Origin: Bdellovibrionota bacterium
GTDB lineage: Bacteria; Bdellovibrionota; UBA1018; CAIPTA01; JAALKR01
Length of the DNA: 64,000 nucleotides
NCBI GenBank assembly: GCA_965207455.1
Contig: CBDBMJ010000001.1
Location: forward strand, 1,472,001 to 1,536,000
Reading direction: 5' to 3'
Made by a program: the position numbers and the translations under genes. The stretch's first letter is position 1; every line of letters begins with the position of its first letter. Below the pieces are notes generated by a model. It was not told the origin of the DNA, searched no databases, and was given only the letters and a program-made list of their open reading frames with translations. Below are positions 30,329 through 40,690 of this stretch, in pieces.

Positions 30329-30889
30329 TTAAACCGCCTTTTCCACGTATGAACCATCTCTAGTGTCCACCTTGATTTTTTCCCCTTCGTTGATATGAAA
30401 TGGAACTTGAAGCACAGCTCCCGTCTCTAATGTTGCTGGCTTGGATCCACCACTAGCTGTATCACCTCGAATACCCGGTTCTGTTTTCGTTACAGTGAGT
30501 ACAACAAAATTTGGTGTTTCCACACTAATAGCACTGCCATTGAAAAACAATATGGAGAGATTGATTCCCTCCTGTAAGTAATTTTTTCTGTCGCCCACTT
30601 GCTTTGCCGTCAACTCCAATTGATCGTATGTCTTCACATCCATTACATGGTATGCGTTCCCGTCAGTATACATATACTGCATTGTCTTTTCTTCTATATC
30701 TGGAACACGAATTTTTTCATTATTTTTAAACGTGCGATCCAAGGTATTATTCGTAATAAGATTTTTTAATTTTGTACGAGTAAAGGCAGAACCCTTTCCC
30801 GGACTCACATGCTGAAAATCAATCATTATATAGGGCTGACCGTCCAATTCTATTTTTAAACCTTTACGAAATTGATTTGTACTATACAT
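30329..30889 (-). CDS. efp: elongation factor P
   Basis: PGKGSAF, PGIRGDT..GG.KPA.LETG and VDTR motifs. Confidence 0.98.
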   Translation of the reverse strand: MYSTNQFRKGLKIELDGQPYIMIDFQHVSPGKGSAFTRTKLKNLITNNTLDRTFKNNEKIRVPDIEEKTMQYMYTDGNAYHVMDVKTYDQLELTAKQVGDRKNYLQEGINLSILFFNGSAISVETPNFVVLTVTKTEPGIRGDTASGGSKPATLETGAVLQVPFHINEGEKIKVDTRDGSYVEKAV

Positions 30890-30913
30890 AGAAAACTCAT
30901 ACCTGTGAAGAAA

Positions 30914-31765
30914 CTAGTTCCTTCGCACCTCTTGGAGCAAACGATCCAAGTACTGTGCTTTTACCATAAGCTCCTCCCTAGCACCCTGAGAATTCTCCCT
31001 TTTTGTGGGCTCCTCTTCTGAAAAGTCCAACTCCAAAAGACGCTCTTTTGCCCAAGCGTCCTTGGGGTTTTTCTGGAGCATGAGGTGCAGTATTTTGTTT
31101 GCCCTATCGGTTAACCCTTGACGTAGGTACAGCTCTGCCACAGTGCGCGTGGCAAATGTGGTGTCCTTATTTTTTACAGCGGACTTGGGACTGATAGGGG
31201 TAGACCCGGAGAGGTCCATTTTCTGGCTATTTTTTTGGCTATTTTTTGGGCTCAAGAGAGGCACAAAATCCCCAAGCTCCCCTGGACCATCCTCCACTAG
31301 GGGGCGCGGACTAGGAGAAAAAGAATTTTCAGCACCATCTTGGGCTTGTTGTATTTTTTCCAATAGTCGGAGGGACTTGGAATCCTGTGGCACTAAATAC
31401 AGTATCTGTTGTAAAGAGGTTTTTGCTGCCTTATATTGTCGGAGTTTTATAAAAACACTGGCCTGAAGACGTTGCGCGCCAATGTTTTCCCAATTTTCCT
31501 CTAAAAGCTTTTCCGTCTCCCGTAAACAATCCGCATATCGCTTGAGATCAAATAAGCAATGGGCATAGGCAAGGATCCCTCTTGTAAAAGAGGGACGATA
31601 CTTCAAACCATCTTCGCAAATCGCCAAAGCCTGGCGTAACATTCCCTTTTCTCGATAGTACTCAGCTAAGGGGGCAAAAACATGGGAGCGTGGATTGGAC
31701 CGGAACTCCTGTAAATGGGTAGCTAGTCTGCTCCCCTGTCCTTCCATTTCTTTGTTTACTTCCAT
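30914..31765 (-). CDS. TPR-repeat protein
   Basis: TPR-like helices (FAPLAEYYR..G...A) and a C-terminal T.TVAELY..QG TPR. The linker contains a 12-bp duplication (KNSQKNSQK). Confidence 0.8.
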   Translation of the reverse strand: MEVNKEMEGQGSRLATHLQEFRSNPRSHVFAPLAEYYREKGMLRQALAICEDGLKYRPSFTRGILAYAHCLFDLKRYADCLRETEKLLEENWENIGAQRLQASVFIKLRQYKAAKTSLQQILYLVPQDSKSLRLLEKIQQAQDGAENSFSPSPRPLVEDGPGELGDFVPLLSPKNSQKNSQKMDLSGSTPISPKSAVKNKDTTFATRTVAELYLRQGLTDRANKILHLMLQKNPKDAWAKERLLELDFSEEEPTKRENSQGAREELMVKAQYLDRLLQEVRRN

Positions 31766-31779
31766 CTATTTTCCATCTG

Positions 31780-33696
31780 TTATATGGCAAGTTCTGTCTC
31801 TGTTCCCATCCTTGCCTCTGTTTCCGCCTCTTTCTCTATTCCCATCCCATCGTTCATCCTGTCCCTTCGGACTCTGCTGGGATTAATTATTCGGGGCGTT
31901 ACAAAAATTAGTAGTTCCGATTTATTCTTCCTCTTCCTCACATGACCAAACAACCCCCCCACAATGGGTAAATCCTTCAAAATGGGCAGTCCATCGTTCT
32001 TTTTAGAAATATCATAGTTATAGATACCACCCATTACAAGTGTGGATCCACTTTTTACCAGCACCTGAGTCTTGATACTGCTGGTTCGAAGATCCTCGCC
32101 AGATGCCTCTGGACTAGTTTTTGTTACATCAATGTCCATGAGGACAGAGCCATCGTTGGTGGCCTGTGGCGTTACGCTCATATTGAGGTTTGCATCTATA
32201 TATGTTGGTGCGCTTGGCTGTCCGGTATCGGATAGGGGGCCAGGAATTTGGATTTTTTTACCATCCGTAATGGTAGCCGATTGCTTATTATTTACGATAA
32301 TTCGAGGGGCTGCTATGATTTTCGATCTATCGCTGGTCTCAGAAAAATTTACCAAAAAGCTTAAGAAATCGGTTTCCCCTCCACCAATACGCAGACCCAA
32401 TGCACCACCCGTACTCCCACTTTTCACAGAAAAATCACCCGAGGAAGAATCAAAGATGTTGGCAGCAAAGCCTGCTTTGAAAGATCCTGCTTGTTCTATA
32501 TATCCCCCCCAGTTTATTCCCTTATCACGAGAAAAGTTATCGGAGGTGGTGATGATTTTAGATTCAATAAGTATTTGTGGTGTGGGCACATCCAACTCAT
32601 CCACCAATTCCCGTATTCTTTTTATGCCAGACTCAGTGTTTGTAACTAACAAGGAATTTGTTCGTTCATCCACTTCAATTTTTCCACGAACAAAGTCATC
32701 CGCATTCTCTTGATTTCTGCCACCTCTTCCAGAAGTATTGTTTTGTATAAGGTTAGATACAGTGCTTTTCACGACGCTAGCCTTGGCAAAACTCACAGGA
32801 ATAATGGCCATGAATATAGGTTCGCCAATTTTTTCTGCAATTCTCAATTCCTGTTTCTTCCTTTCCTCTGCTTCATAGTCTTTTATGGTAGTAATTCGAA
32901 CCACAGTTCCATGACTTGTTGCTTTGAGATTTTTCTCTTGAAGTACGATATCCAGTAATTGATCCCAGGGCACTTTCTTAATAGATATGGATACAGTGCC
33001 CTGAACACTGGAACTTGTAATGATATTCAGTCCACTAATGGTACTCACCAATCGAAAAATATCATGCACTTTGGCATCACTTGATTCAAAGGAAATCTCT
33101 TCTCCTTTATAGACCCGGATTTCTGAAGGAACATTTAAGGTTTGAATCAATTGATCGGCAAGTTTCATAGATCGGTTTTCCGCAGCAGCCTTTAAACTAA
33201 GCGTGTCTCCACTCATTCTGAACCGCCCTCTTACATTTCTCGACCAAATATCTTTTCGTACTCTCTGTTTTCTTTTTTTTAAGCGAGATTTCTTTGAAAT
33301 AAGTATTCTGTATTTATTCGGAGTTTTTTTAATTCTATAGGAAGACCTCCCTTTTAAGTGTATCAAGATTCCTGCGTCCATGTCACCAGCACCAGTATTA
33401 TAAACGCTGATCATCTTTAATGGTGTTCCTATTTTTTTACTGCGTATTTTTCTTGTGAGCCTCGCTGGGAACTGTTGCCCATATATTTTCAATGCTATTT
33501 TTTTCTGCTTCTTTAGGGATTGAATCTTGAAGATTACTGTACCCTTATAATGAATAACTAATTCCTCTCTGCCATTTGATGAAATGAGTTGTATGTCCTT
33601 TATCATGGGAATTTGACCAAAACATAGCTCTGGCACCAGAAAAGAAAAAAATAGTATACTCAATATTTTTACTGTATTTTTGTTTTTTAACATCAT
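31780..33696 (-). CDS. pilQ: type IV pilus secretin
   Basis: VPWDQLLD, VDERTNSLLV, LDVPTPQILIE, PILKDLP.VG.LF and ELLIFVTPRII motifs. Confidence 0.95.
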   Translation of the reverse strand: MMLKNKNTVKILSILFFSFLVPELCFGQIPMIKDIQLISSNGREELVIHYKGTVIFKIQSLKKQKKIALKIYGQQFPARLTRKIRSKKIGTPLKMISVYNTGAGDMDAGILIHLKGRSSYRIKKTPNKYRILISKKSRLKKRKQRVRKDIWSRNVRGRFRMSGDTLSLKAAAENRSMKLADQLIQTLNVPSEIRVYKGEEISFESSDAKVHDIFRLVSTISGLNIITSSSVQGTVSISIKKVPWDQLLDIVLQEKNLKATSHGTVVRITTIKDYEAEERKKQELRIAEKIGEPIFMAIIPVSFAKASVVKSTVSNLIQNNTSGRGGRNQENADDFVRGKIEVDERTNSLLVTNTESGIKRIRELVDELDVPTPQILIESKIITTSDNFSRDKGINWGGYIEQAGSFKAGFAANIFDSSSGDFSVKSGSTGGALGLRIGGGETDFLSFLVNFSETSDRSKIIAAPRIIVNNKQSATITDGKKIQIPGPLSDTGQPSAPTYIDANLNMSVTPQATNDGSVLMDIDVTKTSPEASGEDLRTSSIKTQVLVKSGSTLVMGGIYNYDISKKNDGLPILKDLPIVGGLFGHVRKRKNKSELLIFVTPRIINPSRVRRDRMNDGMGIEKEAETEARMGTETELAI

Positions 33697-34220
33697 TTAT
33701 TTGCTCCAATATTCTTGTTTTCTCTATTTCCTACACTTAATTCTGTTAGAATTGTATCGAAGGAACCACGTTTGTTTTTTACCTTCCTCACAATGGAAAC
33801 CTTATCTGTTTCTATCTTTGTTATAACTCCACCATCAAGTCCAATTCTTGTGCCTTTTTTAACAATTATAACTTCTCCTTTAGGCGTCTTCACAAGCGCT
33901 CTAGGCGAACCGGAACTGACCAGCACTGCTGTTATTTTATAACTACTGACAGGGGCTAGCTCCAGCGGGGTTCTAGGTCTCTTTGGCTTCCCATCTTCTT
34001 TTTGGCTATTTAAGAATTTTTCGGCAAAAGGAGCCTCAGATTGTTCAAAAGGATCTCTTTGACTTAAAACATCCTTAATTGAAGAGAGATTCTCAAAGTA
34101 TTCACTCAAGGAAGTTTGTTTTTCTTTTTTAGCTTGAGCATAGACTTCCTGAGGTGGCATTGCCATACAGAGAAGGAAAAATCCCGATAGAGCGATTATT
34201 TTTTTTATAGTAAATTTCAT
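33693..34220 (-). CDS. pilP: type IV pilus assembly protein PilP
   Basis: RDPF, PLE and ALV...VKKG.RIG..GG motifs; operon position. Confidence 0.85.
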   Translation of the reverse strand: MKFTIKKIIALSGFFLLCMAMPPQEVYAQAKKEKQTSLSEYFENLSSIKDVLSQRDPFEQSEAPFAEKFLNSQKEDGKPKRPRTPLELAPVSSYKITAVLVSSGSPRALVKTPKGEVIIVKKGTRIGLDGGVITKIETDKVSIVRKVKNKRGSFDTILTELSVGNRENKNIGANK

Positions 34221-34224
34221 GATG

Positions 34225-34848
34225 TTAAATCACCTTGTATACAGATAACTCCATTTGTATTTTAATTAATTGGAAGGTACGGCTGCCAGCGATTAGATTC
34301 TTTTCCGACAATCGACCACTGGTTCCGATCTGCACTTTCTTGTTAGCTTGAGTAGTTAGTGAAAAATTGGATACACCAATAAGTTGCTGGAATTTTGCAA
34401 GCCTATCCACAAAAATAAAAAACTGTAAGAAGGTGGCTTCCACACTAAAGGATATTTTTCTAGTGGAGTAGAGTTCTTTTCTATCTTCACCCTCCTGAGG
34501 CGTTACCTTTTCTATTATAATTCCAACCTGTTCCGCTTCCTTAAAGATAGCGATCAGCAAGGCAGGCAGATCAATTTCGTTTTTGAGAGAAACCTTCTTT
34601 TTCTGTAACTCCTCCTCTATTTTTTGTAACTCCCTTTGTTTTTTTGCATACTGCTCCTCAAATCTTTTAATTTCACTCATCTTACTTTTGATTGTACTAA
34701 TTTGGCTATTTATTCCATTTATCTCTGAAGCCTTTTGTTCTAGAATTGATTTGTCTTGAGTATAAAATCCATAGCCAGCACTCGCACCCACAACAACAAT
34801 TACAAGTCCCCATCCAATTTTGTCCAATAGATCTTTTATTCCATCCAT
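34225..34848 (-). CDS. pilO: type IV pilus assembly protein PilO
   Basis: TM, coiled coil and ferredoxin-like domain; position between pilN and pilP. Confidence 0.82.
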   Translation of the reverse strand: MDGIKDLLDKIGWGLVIVVVGASAGYGFYTQDKSILEQKASEINGINSQISTIKSKMSEIKRFEEQYAKKQRELQKIEEELQKKKVSLKNEIDLPALLIAIFKEAEQVGIIIEKVTPQEGEDRKELYSTRKISFSVEATFLQFFIFVDRLAKFQQLIGVSNFSLTTQANKKVQIGTSGRLSEKNLIAGSRTFQLIKIQMELSVYKVI

Positions 34849-34852
34849 AACT

Positions 34853-35500
34853 CTACCCCTTTTGTTTGATTCCCATGGAAACGTTGAATTTTTTTATTCT
34901 TTGTAAAGACTCTGGAATGCCGGGAATAATTTTTCTAGCAGGACTGGAGGAGATAGATTTTAAGCGTATATCTATGAATTTTTGAGAATTCTCCAAAATT
35001 TTCAGGAAGTGATTGATGGGAATGAGTTCCCAAGAAGCTCCCGCTAACTCTATTTTTCCATTATTCAAACGGATGGTCTCTAGCCAAACTTTTTTAGGAA
35101 TTGTTTTACTCATAAGATTCATGATATTGAAGCCCACCTGTCTGTCCATGTCTAAGGCATTAATAATGGAGAGCTTTCGAGTGATTTCACCAATACGCTT
35201 ATTGGTTTCCTGCATTTGTGCATTTACACCACTATTTTTTCGAACTTCCGCTTGCAAGGTATTTTTCTCCCCATTGAGCGTGCCTATTTGCGTATCTAGC
35301 TCCGCTACTTTTTTCTGGATTTGCTTTTCAGGTATCCCCAATACAAACCAACTGCCAGCAACCATGATGGCAATCTTCATGATCCCTTGAATGTAGTCAT
35401 TCAAACCCGATAGGCTTTCTCCTAAATTCACTGAGCTGAGGGATGCCCCACTCCTTCCTTTTCCCTTTGATGTTTTTCGAGCTAAATTAATTTTAAGCAT
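34853..35500 (-). CDS. pilN: type IV pilus assembly protein PilN
   Basis: N-terminal INL motif, TM, coiled coil, P..VWL. Confidence 0.88.
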   Translation of the reverse strand: MLKINLARKTSKGKGRSGASLSSVNLGESLSGLNDYIQGIMKIAIMVAGSWFVLGIPEKQIQKKVAELDTQIGTLNGEKNTLQAEVRKNSGVNAQMQETNKRIGEITRKLSIINALDMDRQVGFNIMNLMSKTIPKKVWLETIRLNNGKIELAGASWELIPINHFLKILENSQKFIDIRLKSISSSPARKIIPGIPESLQRIKKFNVSMGIKQKG

Positions 35501-35509
35501 TACTTCCTC

Positions 35510-36565
35510 CTAGTCGAAACTCCTTAATGCTAACCCTAATGAAATGGCAGCACTTGATGAAACGGCTGATATGAAATCATCATTGTATTTTTTCGAGTTG
35601 TAAGTGACTTTTTTGAACGGATTGAGTTGTTCTATGGGAGCCTTAACCACCCCACTCAAACTTTTTATTAGTGTGGGCAGTCGGCAACTTCCTCCAGATA
35701 AATATACATGAGAGATGACTCTTTTACTGTTGGAAGAAGTAAAAAAATCTAGGCTTCGACGTATTTCTAAAGCAATATTTTCAGAAATGGTCTCCATGGC
35801 TGCTATTACTTTCTCCGGAGACTTTCCCGATGAACTTGCATCCACCTTCAAGGCTTCCGCTTCTTGAAGACTCACACCCATTTTATTTTGTATTTCAGCG
35901 GTCAACCAGGCTCCACCAATGGAAACATCCCGAGTAAAAAGGGTGGTGGAAGCATCCACTATATTTATTTTCATAATGGAAGCACCAATATCCACGAGAA
36001 GGCTCACCGCACCCTCCTCCACATCATAATTAGTCCAATAAATATTGGATAGAGCAAAAGCGTCCACATCCACAATACTTAGCTTCAATCCCAGACCACT
36101 TAAAAAATCTGTTCGACCAATAAGAAAATCTTTTTTGGTGGCTACTAATAAAACCCCCATCTTGCCATCTTCCCGTTCAGGCTCTATGACTTCAAAATCT
36201 AAATTAATCTCTGCCATGTCGAAAGGAATATACTGTTCAGCCTCCCAGGTGATTTGATCTTCCAACTCCTTGGGACGTACCTTGTCTATTTGAATCTGCT
36301 TAATAATAATTGATGAACCAGCAACCGAGGTACAAACCTCATCCGTCTTAATACCCGATTCCTCAATTACGCTCTTTACAGCGCCCCCAACCACAGTCTC
36401 GTCTATAATATCCCCATTTACAACGCTACCTTGGGGCACTCCAACCACGCCGAATGCACTCAAGTTACAGGTGCTACCTTTTTTTTGTAGCTGGGCCACC
36501 TTGATGGAGCTAGAACCCACATCTAGTCCAAAAATATTTAGTTTGGATTTTCCTCCAAAAAACAT
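35510..36565 (-). CDS. pilM: type IV pilus assembly protein PilM
   Basis: GLDVGSSSIK, EAEQYIPF, VDIGA and LSGG motifs (actin-like fold). Confidence 0.95.
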   Translation of the reverse strand: MFFGGKSKLNIFGLDVGSSSIKVAQLQKKGSTCNLSAFGVVGVPQGSVVNGDIIDETVVGGAVKSVIEESGIKTDEVCTSVAGSSIIIKQIQIDKVRPKELEDQITWEAEQYIPFDMAEINLDFEVIEPEREDGKMGVLLVATKKDFLIGRTDFLSGLGLKLSIVDVDAFALSNIYWTNYDVEEGAVSLLVDIGASIMKINIVDASTTLFTRDVSIGGAWLTAEIQNKMGVSLQEAEALKVDASSSGKSPEKVIAAMETISENIALEIRRSLDFFTSSNSKRVISHVYLSGGSCRLPTLIKSLSGVVKAPIEQLNPFKKVTYNSKKYNDDFISAVSSSAAISLGLALRSFD

Positions 36566-36709
36566 CGTTCCTCCATGAAGTACCCAAGAGATTGGATGAG
36601 TCGCATGAATATTCCTTTTTCAGCGTCTTAGTTTCATTATAGCCGCGTGGTGCCTATGATTCAAGAAAGAAACGTTATTTAAAAAAAAATGCACAGCGTC
36701 TGTGGAGCC

Positions 36710-37669
36710 CTAGTAGGCATCATCATCATTGGTGTAACGCCTAGAAGAGTCGCCCGAACTTGGGGATTCTTCGTCGCCGGGCTGATCATCGCCCTCGACT
36801 TGAAAGTCCATTTCGGCAGTAGCCTCTAACCATGCAGCCTCTGAGGCAAGATCGTCCTCCATGGCATCTAGGTATTTGTCCGGATACTTGGAAATAAGAT
36901 TATCCACATACTCTTCGAGCTGGTTGGAGGAGAGGATGAGCCCCTTCTTTTTGATGCGTCGCCAATTTTTAATATAGTGGAGCCTACAGTACCCTAGGAG
37001 CAACGGTTGGGCTCCGCAGTCCTGTTCCCGACAGTGTCGCTTTGAGGCCGCTTCCTTTTTCTCCGCACTCGCAGAAGATTTTATGCTTTTGGTGGATTTT
37101 TTTGCCGAGAGGGAGAATTTTTTACTGGCTGCTTTACTCGTTACTTTGACCTTAGTGGTTGCTTTGCTGGCTACCTTACTTACTTTAGCGGCTGCTTTGG
37201 TGGCTGCTATGGGCGCAGGTATTTTTTTCTTGGGCTTTCGGGACGGGCTGAAAGCCTGTGTGGGTGCTGCCTTTACTAGCGGACTCTTGCTGGGAGACTT
37301 GGTTTTTGCCGTATTTTTCTTCCGTGTAACAGGGGAGGCATTGGTTTTTTTGGCTGCCACTACCTTCTTCTTGGTTACTTTTGTGGCTGTTTTTGTGACC
37401 TTTTTACCAATCGGAGAGACTTTTGCCTTAAGCTGGGTCTTATTCCCCGATTTCTTTACTTTTGCTGCCACCTTCGGTCTAGCGGCCTTAGGGGGGGTCT
37501 CTGGTCGACTTTTTCTGGCTGCTGCCTTCTGCTTTTTCTTCGCCTTAGTGGTCTTGACGTTGGTTTTGGCTTTAGATTTGGCTTTGGCGCTGGTTTTGGC
37601 GCTGGCTTTACTCTTGGCTTTAAGTGTTTTCTTATTAACCATAATTGCTCCTAGAATTTTCTTTATCAT
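36710..37669 (-). CDS. Lys/Ala-rich histone-H1-like protein with a C-terminal Cys/His domain and an acidic tail
   Basis: About 200 aa of K/A/T/S/P low complexity, then C-x4-C...YC..H, YPDKYL and an Asp/Glu-rich end. The start may be GTG/ATG a few codons in. Confidence 0.75.
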   Translation of the reverse strand: MIKKILGAIMVNKKTLKAKSKASAKTSAKAKSKAKTNVKTTKAKKKQKAAARKSRPETPPKAARPKVAAKVKKSGNKTQLKAKVSPIGKKVTKTATKVTKKKVVAAKKTNASPVTRKKNTAKTKSPSKSPLVKAAPTQAFSPSRKPKKKIPAPIAATKAAAKVSKVASKATTKVKVTSKAASKKFSLSAKKSTKSIKSSASAEKKEAASKRHCREQDCGAQPLLLGYCRLHYIKNWRRIKKKGLILSSNQLEEYVDNLISKYPDKYLDAMEDDLASEAAWLEATAEMDFQVEGDDQPGDEESPSSGDSSRRYTNDDDAY

Positions 37670-37784
37670 ACACTAACCCCTGTATTCATCCTTTAATTTG
37701 GGCCGGAAGCCAAGAAAATAAGGGCTGGGCTTCCCGAACTTTCTTACCTGTTCTCCTTTTTATAAAAACAGGTCTATGTTATGA

Positions 37785-39470
37785 ATGGTTACATTGACAT
37801 TGGCATTTAGGCAAGAATTACCTGAGCCTATCCATTGTTTGAAACATCTAATTATGATTGATAAAGCTGCCATTGATACTAACGCCCTGAAATACTGCTC
37901 TGCATTAAAAAGAGCCCGATTCTCTGCCTTTTTGGTAGGGGGCAGTGTACGGGATCTCCTGTTGGGGAAAAAACCCAAAGATTTTGACATCGCCACAAAC
38001 GCAACCCCCATGCAAATAAAACGAACCATTCCCAATGGAAAAATTATAGGTCGCCGTTTTCGCCATGTAATGTTGGATCAGGATAACCGTCGTTATGAAA
38101 TTATCACTTTTCGTGGAGCCGTTATCAACAGGACTGAAAATGCAAAGGGGAATAAGCCAGCCTATCCTGATTTAAACCAATTTGGAAACGCCGAGCAGGA
38201 CGCCGTACGAAGAGATTTTACCATCAATGCCCTTTTCTACGATCCGGACTCCAACGAGTTAGTGGACTATGTGGGCGGTAAAAAAGATATTGATGCCAAG
38301 ATTCTCCGTGCCATAGGTTCTGCTCCCGTTCGAATGAAGGAAGACCCCATACGGATTCTTCGAGCCATTCGACACAAAGTAAAATTAAATTTAAAGTATA
38401 ATCCTCCACTGGAAAAAGCCATGAAAGCAATGGCTCCTGAGCTTGAAAGCACGTCAAGGGATCGTGTGCGTGAGGAATTTTTAAAGATTTGCAATGATCG
38501 CTCCTTGTCTGCCTTCTTAGAGGAAGCCAAGCGAATAAATATTTTACAGTATGTAGCTCCTTGGTTTAAAGACATCCACAAGAATGACTGGGAGGACGGA
38601 GTGCAAGCTTGGCGTGCTTTTGCAACAGAAAAGGAAGATCCACCCACTCCTATCATCGGTCTTAGCATGATGGCTATTCCCTTAGTCCAGAGCATGGTTG
38701 TGGAAGAATTTAAAAAGGAAGCCAATCGGGATATTCGCTTTGACGTAAAATACTTTCTTCACTCCGATCCCCTTCGAAGTTGTCTGATGCGTAGTTTGAG
38801 GCTTTCTAGAGTACAGGCAGACCTTATTCTCCGAATATGTTTTTATTGGCACCAGATGACGAATACTTGGTTGGATCAAGACCCCCTGCCAAGCAAGGTG
38901 TCTGAAAAACTCCAGCAGCGTAGTGCTCCCATACTGGCCGCACTTGTAGCGAAAATTTGGATACAAGCCCGGGGCAAGGAAGTTCCCTCTTGGATGAACG
39001 AGCTCGCCTCCAGTGCTTACAAAAAAATGGATGCGCCCAGAAGTACCACAAGAAAGAGACCCTCTTCTGTGGATAAGAGTAGTAGGAGAAAATATCGACG
39101 TGACGAGGAAAATTTAATACCTGCAGTTCAAGCACTACCCCCCTTAGATAAACCGTTAACTTGGAACGGTCCCTTACACCAACCCATCATGCGTCCCATA
39201 TTTCCCGAGGATACCTCGGTAAAATCCAGCAAGGTATCGCCGTACCGGGAGTCGGGAATACCTCTTATTCCCACAGATAAAAGCATTATTCATTCCTATG
39301 TAATTCAAAACTACAAACCAGAATTTCCCAATGAGCCCGAGGACAAAACTGAGAGTCGACAAGAGGTCAGCACTGAAAACCATCTCAATGAATCTCCTCA
39401 AAAGAACTACTCCGAAGAGGAATCAACTGTGGTTCAAGAAAATAGCAAGGTCACCCAAAGTAGGAAATAA
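37785..39470 (+). CDS. pcnB: poly(A) polymerase I (PcnB) with a disordered C-terminal extension
   Basis: VGGSVRDLLLG..PKDFDIAT, the PAP-specific IIGRRF signature, RRDFTINAL and EDPIRILRA. The start is probably 37854. Confidence 0.85.
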   Translation: MVTLTLAFRQELPEPIHCLKHLIMIDKAAIDTNALKYCSALKRARFSAFLVGGSVRDLLLGKKPKDFDIATNATPMQIKRTIPNGKIIGRRFRHVMLDQDNRRYEIITFRGAVINRTENAKGNKPAYPDLNQFGNAEQDAVRRDFTINALFYDPDSNELVDYVGGKKDIDAKILRAIGSAPVRMKEDPIRILRAIRHKVKLNLKYNPPLEKAMKAMAPELESTSRDRVREEFLKICNDRSLSAFLEEAKRINILQYVAPWFKDIHKNDWEDGVQAWRAFATEKEDPPTPIIGLSMMAIPLVQSMVVEEFKKEANRDIRFDVKYFLHSDPLRSCLMRSLRLSRVQADLILRICFYWHQMTNTWLDQDPLPSKVSEKLQQRSAPILAALVAKIWIQARGKEVPSWMNELASSAYKKMDAPRSTTRKRPSSVDKSSRRKYRRDEENLIPAVQALPPLDKPLTWNGPLHQPIMRPIFPEDTSVKSSKVSPYRESGIPLIPTDKSIIHSYVIQNYKPEFPNEPEDKTESRQEVSTENHLNESPQKNYSEEESTVVQENSKVTQSRK

Positions 39471-39475
39471 TTTCG

Positions 39476-40690
39476 TTGGGTGGGGTGGATAATCAACTAC
39501 TTGTGCATGTTAACGGTCAGGATGGCCCTGGCATAACTGCAACCATTATGAACTACCTAGATAAGTCCGAGATGCAACTCTTAGACATTGAACAAGCCAT
39601 CGTACACCAACACCTATCCCTACAACTTCTGGTACAAACGAGCATTTCTCCCCAACAAATGAAGCAAGACTTAGCCCAATACTTAAAAAAATTCTCTCTC
39701 CATATCAAAACCGAAGAGGTTTCTGGAAGACGTTCTGTTGCCGATCCTGCCAATAGGTTTGTTACCACAATGATTGCCGACGAAGTAAATCCACGCTGTA
39801 TTGCGGAAATTACAGCAGCCATTGCTGAGTTTGATGCCAATATAGAGACCATTAGGAAGCTCAATAACGGGGGACTGGAAACCATCGAATTAATTTCTTC
39901 CCATAAGGGAGTTTTAGATCTGCCCACGATCACAGAAAAATTATTGGAAGTGGCAGGCACCTTTCCCGATCTGGACTTGGCCGTGCAACGGGAAAATCTT
40001 TACAGAAGATCGAAGCGACTCATCTTATTCGACATGGACTCCACCCTCATCAAAGGAGAAGTGATCGACATGCTCGCACAACAAGTGGGCAAAGAAAAAG
40101 AAATAAAAGCTCTCACCGAGCGAGCAATGGCAGGAGAAATGGATTTCAAAACATCCCTGCTGGAAAGAGTAAAAGCCCTAAAGGGGCTTACCATGGAGCA
40201 GGTCAATGAAGTGGTGGAAAATCTGGAGCTTACTCTGGGGGCAAGCACTTTAATAAAAGTGCTGAAAAAATTAGGTTTTAAAGTGGCCATTATTAGCGGT
40301 GGCTTCACCCACTTTGCCAATAGGCTCAAAGAAAAATTGGGTGCCCATTACGTCTATGCCAACCAATTGGAGTTTGAATCTGGTGTTCTCACAGGAAATT
40401 TAGAGGGACCCATTATCGATAAAGCCAGAAAGGCAGACCTGTTAGAGTTAATTGCTCAGCAGGAGGGCATACCACTGGAGCAAGTAATCGCTGTTGGCGA
40501 TGGAGCCAATGATGTGGAAATGCTAAAGCGAGCAGGTCTAGGAATTGCCTTCAACGCAAAACCCATTACAAAACAAAATGTAAAAACAGCCATCACCCAA
40601 AAAAGCATGACCTCTATTTTATATCTCCTGGGAATTACGGACAATGAGATTCAATCCATGGGGTATACGATACCCAAACTAAAGGACTAA
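39476..40690 (+). CDS. serB: phosphoserine phosphatase with ACT domains
   Basis: Two N-terminal ACT-like domains; [12 protein letters not shown] and GDGAND motifs. Confidence 0.95.
   Translation: MGGVDNQLLVHVNGQDGPGITATIMNYLDKSEMQLLDIEQAIVHQHLSLQLLVQTSISPQQMKQDLAQYLKKFSLHIKTEEVSGRRSVADPANRFVTTMIADEVNPRCIAEITAAIAEFDANIETIRKLNNGGLETIELISSHKGVLDLPTITEKLLEVAGTFPDLDLAVQRENLYRRSKRLILFDMDSTLIKGEVIDMLAQQVGKEKEIKALTERAMAGEMDFKTSLLERVKALKGLTMEQVNEVVENLELTLGASTLIKVLKKLGFKVAIISGGFTHFANRLKEKLGAHYVYANQLEFESGVLTGNLEGPIIDKARKADLLELIAQQEGIPLEQVIAVGDGANDVEMLKRAGLGIAFNAKPITKQNVKTAITQKSMTSILYLLGITDNEIQSMGYTIPKLKD

Noticed and set aside
37083..37676. 197-aa hydrophobic plus-strand ORF
   Set aside because: It is the antisense shadow of the Lys/Ala-rich gene.
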